A stretch of DNA of 42,393 nucleotides, taken from UHGV virus genome UHGV-0181047, one strand, 5' to 3'. The stretch comes from a virus. Under the pieces are notes generated by a model that ran no database searches, was not told the DNA's origin, and saw only the letters and a program-made list of their open reading frames with translations. This document shows positions 1-8,510 of this stretch, in pieces; within the stretch, counting starts at the first letter, position 1; every line of letters starts with the position of its first letter. The position numbers and the translations under genes were made by a program.

Positions 1-529
1 TCTCCTGCGTCATAGTAGAATACTTCTTGAACAGCACATTCATGAATCGCTGCTTTTCTTTGACAAGATTCTGAACAGCGAAGAAACGTGCCCGTGTGAG
101 GTTTTGGAGAGCTTTATAACGGTAGTCTCCCATATATACCTCTTTGTTGATTCTACCGAAACGCAGGCAGTCAGCAATAACAAAAGAGTCCACATAATCA
201 TTCTTTGGCAAGTCATTGTAAGTATCGTGAAACTTCTTGACTTGCTTAGGATTGAGGACATGAATCTTTCTGTTAAACGGTGCCAGAGTGGCATCTTCCC
301 TTAAGAAGTACACGAGATTGTCTCCGTAAACTGAGGTTGCTTCAAGACCGATCAGAACCGTGTCAAGGGAATGTGAAGTTAAAGCAGAATAGATTTTTTT
401 TACCAACAGGGTAGAACCTTCATGAGAGTTAGCAACAGAAAAGTTGCTGTGTTTATCTCCATTTGGAAGCATTAAGTAAACGACATTGGATTTGCTGCTT
501 ACATCGATACCGACGTAAAGTGTGTTCAT
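1..529 (-). CDS. IS110-family transposase, N-terminal DEDD/RuvC-like part; ORF runs off window start and resumes at window end
   Basis: Reverse complement from ATG at 529 (RBS AGGTGA 6 nt upstream) reads MNTLYVGIDVSSKSNVVYLMLPNGDKH..., a typical IS110/IS116 N-terminus; no stop before position 1. Confidence 0.8.
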   Translation of the reverse strand, partial: MNTLYVGIDVSSKSNVVYLMLPNGDKHSNFSVANSHEGSTLLVKKIYSALTSHSLDTVLIGLEATSVYGDNLVYFLREDATLAPFNRKIHVLNPKQVKKFHDTYNDLPKNDYVDSFVIADCLRFGRINKEVYMGDYRYKALQNLTRARFFAVQNLVKEKQRFMNVLFKKYSTMTQE

Positions 530-544
530 TGTAATCACCTTCTT

Positions 545-800
545 TCGTTGTAGATTAAAGTGTTCAATCGGCTTGGTAAAACCCATGATCATGGAGCATC
601 GACACCCTCGCATATAAGAATCCAGCTTAAGATGGACAGATGCGAAACCACACTGCTAGATGGTTATCCATGAACTTAAGCAAACAGCCAGCCGGTTTGA
701 AGCTAACTTCCATGTCAGGGGAACAGACTTAGTATGAAGCAACCATTACTGGTTCAACAGGAGTGAAAAGAACTATTACCTGATTGACACTGGGACAATT
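545..800 (-). ncRNA. Candidate bridge-RNA-encoding 5' non-coding end of the IS110 element
   Basis: IS110-group elements encode a structured guide (bridge) RNA upstream of the transposase; this ~250-nt block is GC-balanced and non-coding, unlike the flanking AT-rich phage intergenic DNA. Confidence 0.3.
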
Positions 801-908
801 ATATCATGGGCTTTACTAAGCCTATTGAACAAATATTTATTTAGTAACTTATTAACCAAAATATATGTATTTATGTATCTAAAAGATATTATACGAGGAG
901 TGGAGCAG

Positions 909-2936
909 ATGATAGAGATCGATCAGGTTTATAAAGACCTGTTTAACGAATATGGTGGAAAAAGTCTTAAGCTGACTTTTTTTAAAGAAGAATATCATGC
1001 TCTGTACCCGTCTGAAACACTGTATCCTTCAGAGGATTTATATCCGTCTGAAATGTCTGCGGATGCTGTGGATTTTTCTATAGGAGATGATCAGATAGTA
1101 ACGGATTCCCTTACTATCACAGAAAGCCTGTGTTCAGACGAAGATCTAAGCTTTGGATCATGTGAGGCAGCCCAGTTTGAAATTACAGTAACGGGACTGA
1201 CCCAGAGTATTTCGGGCCGGGAATTTATGGCTATAGAGTCATTTGGTGGTTATAACATGGTCCTGGGATTGTTTAAAGTAGAGTCTACACCCAAGCAGGA
1301 AGACAAGAATACCAGAAAGATAATAGCCTATGACAGGATGCAGCGCTTTGATGCAGATGTGTCCGGCTGGTATAATTCACTGGAATTTCCAATGACATTG
1401 AAAGCATTTCGTAAATCACTTTGTGCATTTGTAGGTGTGCGTGAAGAGAATGCGGTTCTTGCTAATGATGAAATGCAGGTAGAAAAGACCATAAATCCTA
1501 CAGCTTTGAAAGGGCGGGAAGTACTGCAGCAGATCTGCCAGATCAATGGAGTATTTGGAAATATCAATAAGAATGGGGAACTGAGGTATATCGTACTTCC
1601 GGAAAAAGAGGATATATCCGCACGGATTACAATCTATCAGAATGCCGAGAGTGAAGAGTACACAGTTCCGGATATAGATACCGTACAGATCCGTCAGGAA
1701 GAGGGGGACATAGGCGGAACCAGCACAGGAGACGGTCAGAATGTTTATATCATTGAAGGAAACATGCTGGTATATGGCAAGACCACATCAGAGATAATAG
1801 GAATTGCCAATAACATTAAAAGCGTAGTAAACGGTCTGGAATACCAGCCCGCAACCATATCTGCAAACGGTTCCCCATGGATCGAAATAGGGGATAGGAT
1901 TAGTCTGGAGACTACAGACGGGATAGTTAATACCCTTGTGATGAAAAGGACCTTTACGGGCATTCAGGGAGCCATGGACAGCTATGAAAGTACTGGAAGC
2001 CAGGAGTTATCAAGACCTTTTAGCATTGAAAGCGAATTGATACAGATAAAAGGCTTATCAGCTATCCTTAAGCGATCTGTAGAAGAACTATCAAATGAAC
2101 TTACCAATCTGGAAGAGGGAACCAATTCCAAGTTTACCCAGATGGCTAATCAGATTTCCCTGGAAGTCACGAGAGCTACCGGTCAGGAAGCAGAACTGAA
2201 ATCAGCTATTAACGTAGTCAGTGATAAGATTGAACTGAAAGTCAGCCAGGGAGATGTATCAAATCAGCTTTCGGTGGAAACTGGTGGGATCAGCATAAAA
2301 GGCAACCGTTTTAGCTGGAACTCTACATATTCCTCTATGACGGCTGACGGTAAATTGACAGCAAGCAGCGGATCATTTACAGGTGATGTGGTGGCAAACA
2401 GTTTTAAAACCAATGATGGAAGCATTACATTGGCAAATGGAAAACTAAAGATTACCGGTGCAGAAATTGATGGGACTGCGAATACGAGTTCAATTGGTGC
2501 GAGTACGATTTACACAAACCATCTGGAAGTTGGAGGTAATGCGGTATTTGATTCAGGAGCGGATTTTTCAGGAGCGATTAACTGCCAAAATATCGATGCT
2601 AATCGAATAAGCTGTGTAAGTGTTTATTCATCCATGGCTGGGGAAACCTGGTCCGACAGAAGATTAAAGCATGACATCAGAGATGTTCATGAAAAGCTTG
2701 CTGTAGAAGTGATAAAAGGGCTGCGGCCGGTAGCTTATGCACTGAATGTAAACGATGCGGAAAGCCTGGGATTTATTGCACAGGAGGTAAAGAAAATGTG
2801 TGCAGATCTGGGCACGGAAATGCCATTATATACTAAAAATGGTAAATACTATTCCATCCCGTATATAAATTACATTCCATTGATAGTAAAGGCATTGCAA
2901 TATATCCTGCGGAAAGTGGAGGTTGAACATGGCTAA
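909..2936 (+). CDS. Tail tip protein (Tal-like / tail fibre) with C-terminal intramolecular-chaperone (peptidase S74) domain
   Basis: ATG 909 with GAGGAG RBS 8 nt upstream (the track's 825 start has no RBS). 675 aa. C-terminus WSDRRLKHDIRDV...GFIAQEV matches the SDxRLKxxI auto-cleaving chaperone motif of tail spikes/fibres. Position after TMP/Dit. Confidence 0.75.
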   Translation: MIEIDQVYKDLFNEYGGKSLKLTFFKEEYHALYPSETLYPSEDLYPSEMSADAVDFSIGDDQIVTDSLTITESLCSDEDLSFGSCEAAQFEITVTGLTQSISGREFMAIESFGGYNMVLGLFKVESTPKQEDKNTRKIIAYDRMQRFDADVSGWYNSLEFPMTLKAFRKSLCAFVGVREENAVLANDEMQVEKTINPTALKGREVLQQICQINGVFGNINKNGELRYIVLPEKEDISARITIYQNAESEEYTVPDIDTVQIRQEEGDIGGTSTGDGQNVYIIEGNMLVYGKTTSEIIGIANNIKSVVNGLEYQPATISANGSPWIEIGDRISLETTDGIVNTLVMKRTFTGIQGAMDSYESTGSQELSRPFSIESELIQIKGLSAILKRSVEELSNELTNLEEGTNSKFTQMANQISLEVTRATGQEAELKSAINVVSDKIELKVSQGDVSNQLSVETGGISIKGNRFSWNSTYSSMTADGKLTASSGSFTGDVVANSFKTNDGSITLANGKLKITGAEIDGTANTSSIGASTIYTNHLEVGGNAVFDSGADFSGAINCQNIDANRISCVSVYSSMAGETWSDRRLKHDIRDVHEKLAVEVIKGLRPVAYALNVNDAESLGFIAQEVKKMCADLGTEMPLYTKNGKYYSIPYINYIPLIVKALQYILRKVEVEHG

Positions 2937-3120
2937 GGTGGAGTACAAAAAAGAGGACATTCGGCTGTTGACGGCATTGCTTAATGCAATGACTGTAACT
3001 GGGCTTGAAAATATAAAACTTATGGCACGGGCTGCAGATATCATTAATACTGGAGTTGTAAAAGAAGTTCCGGAAAAACCGAAGCATACTGGAAAGGAAG
3101 AACAGAATGAAACTGAGTGA
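2929..3120 (+). CDS. Small hypothetical protein (63 aa)
   Basis: ATG 2929 preceded by GGAGG; 4-bp-type overlap with upstream gene. Confidence 0.4.
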   Translation: MAKVEYKKEDIRLLTALLNAMTVTGLENIKLMARAADIINTGVVKEVPEKPKHTGKEEQNETE

Positions 3121-3877
3121 TTTATTTTATGCCATAGTAGGGTGGGTAAACTACCCGGATACATCTACACCGGTGGGAAAAACGAATCTGCGGCATATGG
3201 ATAATGGTATCCTGCAATGTGCTCAGTACATTTTGGGGCTATCTCAGGATAAATTGGAGGTATCAGAAGCAGCAAAATTCATTACAGGCTGGGAAGTGGA
3301 TACCAAGACCTGGATCGTAACGGTAACACATAAGGACGGCACAGTGGAGACGGTAGATTTCCCTATTGAGATGATGCCGACAAAGCTTGACCTTGATGAA
3401 GATGATAATCTCGTGCTGGTCCAGCAGGACGGAACCACAAAGAAGATTAGCTTCCAACGTTTTGTTTATAACGTTTCCAGTACAGCGACGGTTGCCATGA
3501 AGTTGGACGGGACAACCATATCAGCCAATGTAGTAGACGGATCCATTACAGCAAATAAGCTAGAGCCTACATTGCAGAAGACTTTACGGCAGTATATGCT
3601 TGATGCTCAGGCAGCAGCGCAAGAGGCAGAGGCATATAATAAATCATCTATAAGCTATGCTGTGGGTGGTACTGGCTCCAGAACAGGGGAAGATACTGAT
3701 AACAGCAAATATTATAGCGAAAAGGCAAAAGAAGAAGCTGAAAAGGCTGGATCATATGCAAATCTGATATTCCCAGAATTTTATCTGGATACATCAACAG
3801 GGCATTTGATTTGCAAACAAGGAAAAACAGTAACAGTTAAAGTTGAAAATGATCATGTATTAGTGGAGGTGGCATAG
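3107..3877 (+). CDS. Baseplate/tail-fibre protein (BppU-like position)
   Basis: 256 aa between Tal and RBP; NVVDGSITANKL fibre-like motif; Ala/Glu-rich coiled segment. Confidence 0.5.
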   Translation: MKLSDLFYAIVGWVNYPDTSTPVGKTNLRHMDNGILQCAQYILGLSQDKLEVSEAAKFITGWEVDTKTWIVTVTHKDGTVETVDFPIEMMPTKLDLDEDDNLVLVQQDGTTKKISFQRFVYNVSSTATVAMKLDGTTISANVVDGSITANKLEPTLQKTLRQYMLDAQAAAQEAEAYNKSSISYAVGGTGSRTGEDTDNSKYYSEKAKEEAEKAGSYANLIFPEFYLDTSTGHLICKQGKTVTVKVENDHVLVEVA

Positions 3878-4563
3878 TGGCAAGTACAACAGATCTTGGT
3901 AAGTGGATGATTACCAATGGCGGAGAATACAATCCGGAAACAGCATATGAACAACTTACAATGGTAATGTATGAAAACAGTACATATATTACCTTAAAGA
4001 CTGTACAAGGCATCACACCTACAGATGATCATGTTAATTATCAGCTGATGGCCAAAGGTTTTAACCCTACAGCCCTGGCATCAGTGCAGGCAGAGGATAC
4101 CAGCGGAGTGCTGGGAGAAGCAGGAGGCACCGTGTCAGCCCAGGATCTTGTAGACTGGGTAGTAGACCAGGCAGCCAATAAACTGCTCAAATTGACGGAC
4201 CTGGTAAGTGTACAGACCAATGATCCGACCAAGGGTGTATCTGCGGCTCTGGCCTATGCTATGGGCCAGAAGATTGATGAAGTAAATAGTAATTTAGATA
4301 ACCGTATAGGTGTTGGCGAAAAGTTTACATCAGGTACTCTATTAAATATCATAAAGCAAATGTCTGATGGTATACATATGGCATTGGTTAGTGAAACCGT
4401 TTCTGATATTCCTTTTTCAAATACAGAAAACTACATTATTGTATTTAAAGGCACCAGTTACGGTGATCCATATACCAGAATAATGGCATTTCCCATGCCA
4501 AAAAGTTCTGCTCCAAAATGGGGAATGGTCTCATGGGAGAGTAGTAAAATTGTTTGGATCTAA
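3877..4563 (+). CDS. Receptor-binding protein (228 aa) with exchangeable C-terminal head domain
   Basis: GTG 3877 overlapping upstream stop (taGTG), GGAGGTG RBS. Last 88 aa follow the NSNL junction (4285-4296) and are paralogous to the promoterless cassettes downstream. Confidence 0.6.
   Translation: MASTTDLGKWMITNGGEYNPETAYEQLTMVMYENSTYITLKTVQGITPTDDHVNYQLMAKGFNPTALASVQAEDTSGVLGEAGGTVSAQDLVDWVVDQAANKLLKLTDLVSVQTNDPTKGVSAALAYAMGQKIDEVNSNLDNRIGVGEKFTSGTLLNIIKQMSDGIHMALVSETVSDIPFSNTENYIIVFKGTSYGDPYTRIMAFPMPKSSAPKWGMVSWESSKIVWI
4285..4296 (+). repeat. Core site 1 AATAGTAATTTA (NSNL codons) at constant/variable junction of RBP gene
   Basis: Identical 12-mer recurs at 4877-4888 (inverted), 6638-6649 (inverted), 8543-8554 (direct) and degenerate at 9115-9127. 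Confidence 0.7.
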
Positions 4564-4573
4564 AATGATCATT

Positions 4574-4888
4574 TTACTTATGCGTCAACGTAAAATCTCT
4601 ATTGGATATAATGACGCATTCATCCCAAGTACCCATTCCAGTAATTGATAAACGCGCTACCTTTCCCACACTATTGCAAGCCACTTTATATGTAGATCGA
4701 TTTACAAGAGCAGTGACATTTCCAATATTATGAAAAGAATATAGTCCTCCATCAGCTATGACCAAACCGCAAAAATGACTGCTGTCTATTATGGATGTTG
4801 CAAATACTTGTGTGTATTCACCTTCATTGGCAATTTTTTTGATGTATACATTACTGATGCAGCTGCTAACGATTGCTAAATTACTATT
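4574..4888 (-). other. Promoterless RBP C-terminal cassette 2 (inverted), starts at core site, no start codon
   Basis: Minus-strand frame opens with NSNL at 4888-4877 and runs ~100 codons to stop at 4576-4574, tail-to-tail with the expressed RBP across palindrome TAAAATGATCATTTTA. Confidence 0.6.
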
Positions 4889-4921
4889 TACGTCAATTAA
4901 ACTAAGAAAGGAAAATAAAAG

Positions 4922-5332
4922 ATGAATGAAAAATTAAGATTAAAAAATGGGGATGAATTCCCCTTAGTAACTGATGGAGTTACAGAGTATAACGATACTC
5001 TCAAACTGACCTTTCAGTCAGACGAAAAATTAGAAGATTTAATCGCAGATTTTTCAAAAGACTCCAATACAGAGCAGATCAAGGTTATTAATGCAACCGG
5101 AGAAACATTATCAATCTATGACGGTTATACAGTTCTGGGTGATCCAAAAAGCATTAATGAAAATGCTGTTATCACAGCGGCAACATATGACGATGATGGG
5201 GATGTAAAGGCAGAGGCTGTTATAGGAAGAACAGCAACGTTTTCACTTTCAAAGCCAGGAATCACTGAGCAGGTAAAGCAGAACCGCGCAGATATTGATT
5301 TTTTAGCGGTTATGACAGGAAATGACTTATAG
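4922..5332 (+). CDS. Hypothetical protein (XkdW-like position)
   Basis: 136 aa ORF between tail-fibre module and the XkdX-like gene. Confidence 0.45.
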   Translation: MNEKLRLKNGDEFPLVTDGVTEYNDTLKLTFQSDEKLEDLIADFSKDSNTEQIKVINATGETLSIYDGYTVLGDPKSINENAVITAATYDDDGDVKAEAVIGRTATFSLSKPGITEQVKQNRADIDFLAVMTGNDL

Positions 5333-5343
5333 GAGGAAAAAGT

Positions 5344-5475
5344 ATGTTAAGTGTAAAAAATATGGCTGAAAAGTATTATCCTAAATACTGGACCAAAGAG
5401 CGGTTACGGGATTTAGTAGAAGCAAAAAAACTGACAGAAGCAGAGTACTATGAGATCACTGGAGAAAAGTATTAA
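5344..5475 (+). CDS. XkdX-family small phage protein (43 aa)
   Basis: AGGAGG RBS; ...KYWTKERLRDLVEAKKLTEAEYYEITGEKY resembles the XkdX consensus (W..E.L...V....IT..EY..ITG). Confidence 0.55.
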   Translation: MLSVKNMAEKYYPKYWTKERLRDLVEAKKLTEAEYYEITGEKY

Positions 5476-5492
5476 GTTGCACCGGTGCAACT
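5475..5492. repeat. Perfect 18-bp palindrome AGTTGCACCGGTGCAACT (parS-like)
   Basis: Also at 28871-28886 (16/18), 34363-34380 (17/18) and 16667-16683 (one core mismatch). Confidence 0.7.
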
Positions 5493-5508
5493 AAAAGGAG
5501 GACTTTTT

Positions 5509-6228
5509 GTGCGAGATATAACATTATGTCATCCACGGCTGCAGACTTTGGCCCAGGAGTTGATAAAAGTCTGCAACAAAAGTGGATTAAAGATAAAAAT
5601 CGGAGAAACATTTAGGACCAAAGAAGAGCAAGATGATTTGTACGCTCAGGGAAGAACCAAACCGGGAAATGTTGTAACTAATGCGCCAGGATCAAGTTAT
5701 AGCTCTTATCATCAATGGGGGACAGCATTTGATATTTACAGAGCAGACGGAAAAGGTGCGTACTATGACAGTGACGGGTTCTTTTCAAAAGCTGGTGCCA
5801 TAGGAGTAAAACTTGGCCTTGAATGGGGCGGAAACTGGCACAGCATTGTAGATAAGCCACATTTCCAACTTCCAGATTGGGGGAGTGGGACAGCGGGGAT
5901 AAAGAAAATGTATGCTACTCCAGAAGAGTTTATGAAGACGTGGGTCAAGCAGGAAGGCTGGATCCATGACAGTAATGGGTGGTGGTACTGCAACAAAGAT
6001 GGAAGTTACCCAAAAAACAAATGGGGACTGATAAATCATCACTGGTATCTTTTTAACAAAGATGGTTATGCATGCACCAGCTGGCATCGTTGGAATGGAA
6101 GTATTTGCGATCCAGAGGACGGATCTGGAGATTGGTATTATTTCGACCCTACACCCAATGGACAAACAGAATGTGCTTGCTGGAAAAGCAACGACAAGGG
6201 AGCATTAGGAGTGTGGTACGTTGAGTAA
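5509..6228 (+). CDS. Endolysin: peptidase M15 (VanY-like L-Ala-D-Glu / D,D-peptidase) plus cell-wall-binding repeats
   Basis: GTG 5509 after AAAGGAGGA. SYHQWGTAFDI (HxxxxxxD) and DKPHFQ zinc-ligand motifs. C-terminal GWWY/NGxWY choline-binding-type repeats. Confidence 0.8.
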   Translation: MRDITLCHPRLQTLAQELIKVCNKSGLKIKIGETFRTKEEQDDLYAQGRTKPGNVVTNAPGSSYSSYHQWGTAFDIYRADGKGAYYDSDGFFSKAGAIGVKLGLEWGGNWHSIVDKPHFQLPDWGSGTAGIKKMYATPEEFMKTWVKQEGWIHDSNGWWYCNKDGSYPKNKWGLINHHWYLFNKDGYACTSWHRWNGSICDPEDGSGDWYYFDPTPNGQTECACWKSNDKGALGVWYVE

Positions 6229-6370
6229 AAACAAAATGCCACTAACTCAATAGTAAATATGGTTATAACTAAAATAAGGAATAATCCAATAGGAACGCCT
6301 TATAAAATAGAAAGTCTTTCTATGGAATGGGATTCGACAAATTGGCAAAGTGTTGATTTAATATGATCAT

Positions 6371-6649
6371 TTAATCCCAAACGATTTGACTACTGTTCCA
6401 GAAGACCATTCCCCATTTTGGAATCGAGTGTTCAGCCATGGCAAATGCCATTATTCTGGTATATGGATCACCGTAACTGGTGCCTTTAAATACAATAATG
6501 TAGTTTTCTGTATTTGAAAAAGGAATACCAGAAACTTTTTTATCAACCAATGCCATATGTATACCATCAGACATTTGCTTTATGATACTTAATAACTCAC
6601 CTGATGTAAACTTTTCACTAACGCTTATACGATTGTTTAAATTACTATT
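6371..6649 (-). other. Promoterless RBP C-terminal cassette 3 (inverted), mosaic paralogue of expressed head domain
   Basis: Minus-strand frame from core site 6649-6638 (NSNL) to stop 6373-6371. Shares 43-bp and 84-bp blocks of 100% identity with 4347-4389 and 4408-4491. No start codon or RBS. Confidence 0.65.
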
Positions 6650-6672
6650 TCTTAAAATCGGAGGTAAAAAGA

Positions 6673-6861
6673 ATGAAAATTGCAGGAAAAGAATTCAAGG
6701 AAATTTTGGTCATTAAGGATAATGAAGAACTGGTTATAAGCATCACGGATGAGAATGTGATAGAAAAGGAAGGATATAAAGCGATATGTGTGCCGGTGAG
6801 TGATCAGCCTACCGGAAGTAAGTCACACGAAATATCACACGAATGTGATAAGACCGCATAA
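6673..6861 (+). CDS. Hypothetical small protein
   Basis: ATG with GGAGGT RBS, 62 aa. Confidence 0.4.
   Translation: MKIAGKEFKEILVIKDNEELVISITDENVIEKEGYKAICVPVSDQPTGSKSHEISHECDKTA
6820..6850 (+). repeat. Arm-type direct repeats (TCACACG x2) left of attP core
   Basis: aagtcacacgaaatatcacacg; same heptamer repeated 3x at 7020-7050. Confidence 0.45.
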
Positions 6862-6874
6862 ATACGTAATTTAT

Positions 6875-6900
6875 GGCGGGTTCGAATCCCGTCTCGCGCT
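6875..6900 (+). other. tRNA 3'-end fragment (T-arm + acceptor), probable attP core
   Basis: GCGGG-TTCGAAT-CCCGT T-arm followed by 7-nt acceptor strand CTCGCGC and discriminator. No D or anticodon arms upstream. Adjacent to integrase. Confidence 0.5.
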
Positions 6901-6904
6901 TCAA

Positions 6905-6953
6905 TAAAAAACCTTGTAAATACTGGATTTTCTAGCATTTACAAGGTTTTTTC
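6905..6953. terminator. Bidirectional hairpin (15-bp stem) with flanking A/T tracts
   Basis: aaaaaccttgtaaat...atttacaaggtttttt. Confidence 0.4.
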
Positions 6954-7017
6954 ATGCTTTCATAAAAATGAAAAGGACAGTATGCTTCCTTAAAAGGAAA
7001 GTTTTTTACGGTACCTA

Positions 7018-7050
7018 AGTCACACGAAAGTCACACGGAAATATCACACG
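7018..7050 (+). repeat. Arm-type direct repeats (TCACACG x3) right of attP core
   Basis: aagtcacacgaaagtcacacggaaatatcacacg, same orientation as left cluster. Confidence 0.45.
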
Positions 7051-8081
7051 GCAAAATGAGAGAAATGATCAAGGATTTTTTCATTCTGTCGGATCGCTTC
7101 TTCTGTGATCTGGTTGACGTAGACACGGCGCATCATGTAGTTTGAGGACCAGCCCCCACGCTTTTGTATATACAGATCCGGAACGCCCATAGCATGCATG
7201 ATTGAAGCTCCATAGTGCCGCAGATCATGAAAGCGGAAATGGGGAACACCGGATTTTATCAAAGCCTTCCGGAAACGATGAGAAAGTGCTGTAGGTGTAC
7301 AGGTAACCAGAGGACCGTGAAAAGCATGGATCTTTGTGATCACAAAATCCGGAAAAACAACTTTCCGGTAAGACTGGTAAGTCTTAGGTGCCTTGTCGAT
7401 CAACTGGTTGTTGCGGCCATAGACCAGGTTGTGCGAAATGCAGACTGTATTGCCCTGTACATCGGTTGTGGTCAAGGAACACACTTCCCCAAGCCGCAAA
7501 GGGCCAAAGGCCGCCAGAAGGATAGCAATCTCCAGCTCCGGATCATCCTTGACTGTCTGCAGAAGTTTTTTTATATCTGTGTCAGATGGGCAGTACAGAT
7601 CAGTTTGCACTTTTGCGGGAAGTGTGGCAGAGGCCAGTGAGTTTTTGGGGGCAAACATTGCCAGCGCAGGAGTGAAAAGCGCATAGATATTTGCGACTGT
7701 CTTAGGAGACCTGCCTTTAGATATGTCAGATATCCATAGCTGTATATCCTGATCCGTAAGGTCCGCCAGGGCGAAGTTTCCAAAAACTCCGGAAAAATGT
7801 GATTTGAGCAAAGAGTCATATCCTCGGAGAGTGGATCCGGACAAGACTCCTTCTTTTGTCTGGATGTATCTTTCAACAGCATCATGTACGGTCAGGGATG
7901 CTGCAGGTTTGGAAGACTGCAATTTCTTCTGGATCTTCCATTCATCACGGAGAGCTTTAGCTTCAGTCAGAGTGCTGGCGGTAAAGCTCTTGTAGTGCTT
8001 TTTCCCGGTTTCGTCCATGTAGTCAAAGGCCTGGACACGGACAGAGCCGGACGGTAAACGATTTTTCTTCTTTTTGGGCAT
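7044..8081 (-). CDS. int: Site-specific tyrosine integrase
   Basis: 345 aa; R...HDLRH...Y catalytic signature (RFHDLRHYGAS, RVYVNQ) with N-terminal SAM-like core-binding domain; next to attP-like region. Confidence 0.9.
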   Translation of the reverse strand: MPKKKKNRLPSGSVRVQAFDYMDETGKKHYKSFTASTLTEAKALRDEWKIQKKLQSSKPAASLTVHDAVERYIQTKEGVLSGSTLRGYDSLLKSHFSGVFGNFALADLTDQDIQLWISDISKGRSPKTVANIYALFTPALAMFAPKNSLASATLPAKVQTDLYCPSDTDIKKLLQTVKDDPELEIAILLAAFGPLRLGEVCSLTTTDVQGNTVCISHNLVYGRNNQLIDKAPKTYQSYRKVVFPDFVITKIHAFHGPLVTCTPTALSHRFRKALIKSGVPHFRFHDLRHYGASIMHAMGVPDLYIQKRGGWSSNYMMRRVYVNQITEEAIRQNEKILDHFSHFAV

Positions 8082-8212
8082 AATGTATCATCCTCCTGAA
8101 TAAAATTTATATGGGCCACGAAGTTGATAGGGCTTGCATGGCTGCTGGAAGAGTGATACAATATAAACGGTTGGAGTTTGATGTTGTATCACTCAACACA
8201 ATCTTACTAAAA

Positions 8213-8241
8213 GGGTTCCCTGCCGCAAGGGAACCTTTTTT
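8213..8241. terminator. Rho-independent terminator hairpin (both strands T-rich)
   Basis: gggttccctgccgcaagggaacc + tttttt. Confidence 0.5.
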
Positions 8242-8273
8242 ATTGTTTATTTACAAAATATAAAGAGTTTACC

Positions 8274-8302
8274 TTGAAAATTATGGGAAAATACTCTATA
8301 AT
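8274..8302 (+). promoter_or_regulatory. Consensus sigma-A promoter TTGAAA-N17-TATAAT followed by 7-bp inverted repeat
   Basis: Exact 17-nt spacing; aatctgc...gcagatt dyad immediately downstream of -10. Confidence 0.5.
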
Positions 8303-8399
8303 CTGCATTATATAGCAGATTATAGCGCAGAGGGGGTAGGATGTAAAGCGAAAGAATAAAGAAATTTAAAACCGATAGCTTATCGTAGGAGGAATGAAG

Positions 8400-8510
8400 A
8401 TGGATTATCGTGAAAAAATTCTTTACCTTCTGGATAAAACAAAGTCTGAAAAAATACTAAAGAAAGTTTATGATTTTTTGAAATACTTATACATATACGA
8501 AGAAGATTAG
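8400..8510 (+). CDS. Small ORF (36 aa) MDYREKILYLLDKTKSEKILKKVYDFLKYLYIYEED, moron-like
   Basis: AGGAGG RBS 7 nt upstream, own promoter and terminator; below the track's length cut-off. Confidence 0.4.
   Translation: MDYREKILYLLDKTKSEKILKKVYDFLKYLYIYEED

Larger units (their letters stand above)
1..815 (-). mobile_element. IS110-family insertion sequence, 5' portion with non-coding end (boundary approximate)
   Basis: Transposase N-terminus plus ~280 nt of non-AT-rich structured sequence upstream of its start; AT-rich phage-like intergenic DNA resumes ~815. Confidence 0.5.

Noticed and set aside
825-908. Track start at 825 for the Tal-like ORF (MNKYLFSNLL...)
   Set aside because: It has no RBS and is AT-rich promoter-like sequence. 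ATG 909 has a GAGGAG RBS at ideal spacing and follows the IS boundary region.
6229-6366. Sixth cassette on the plus strand (35 codons ending at the 6362-6369 palindrome, preceded by AATAGTAAAT)
   Set aside because: The core match is only partial and the frame is short. It is mentioned in the findings as a possible remnant but not annotated as a feature.
4300-6650. Diversity-generating retroelement (template/variable repeat) explanation for the duplicated RBP C-terminus
   Set aside because: No reverse transcriptase anywhere in the window. The repeat is inverted rather than direct. Differences between copies are not confined to adenine positions; they occur in blocks with all base changes.
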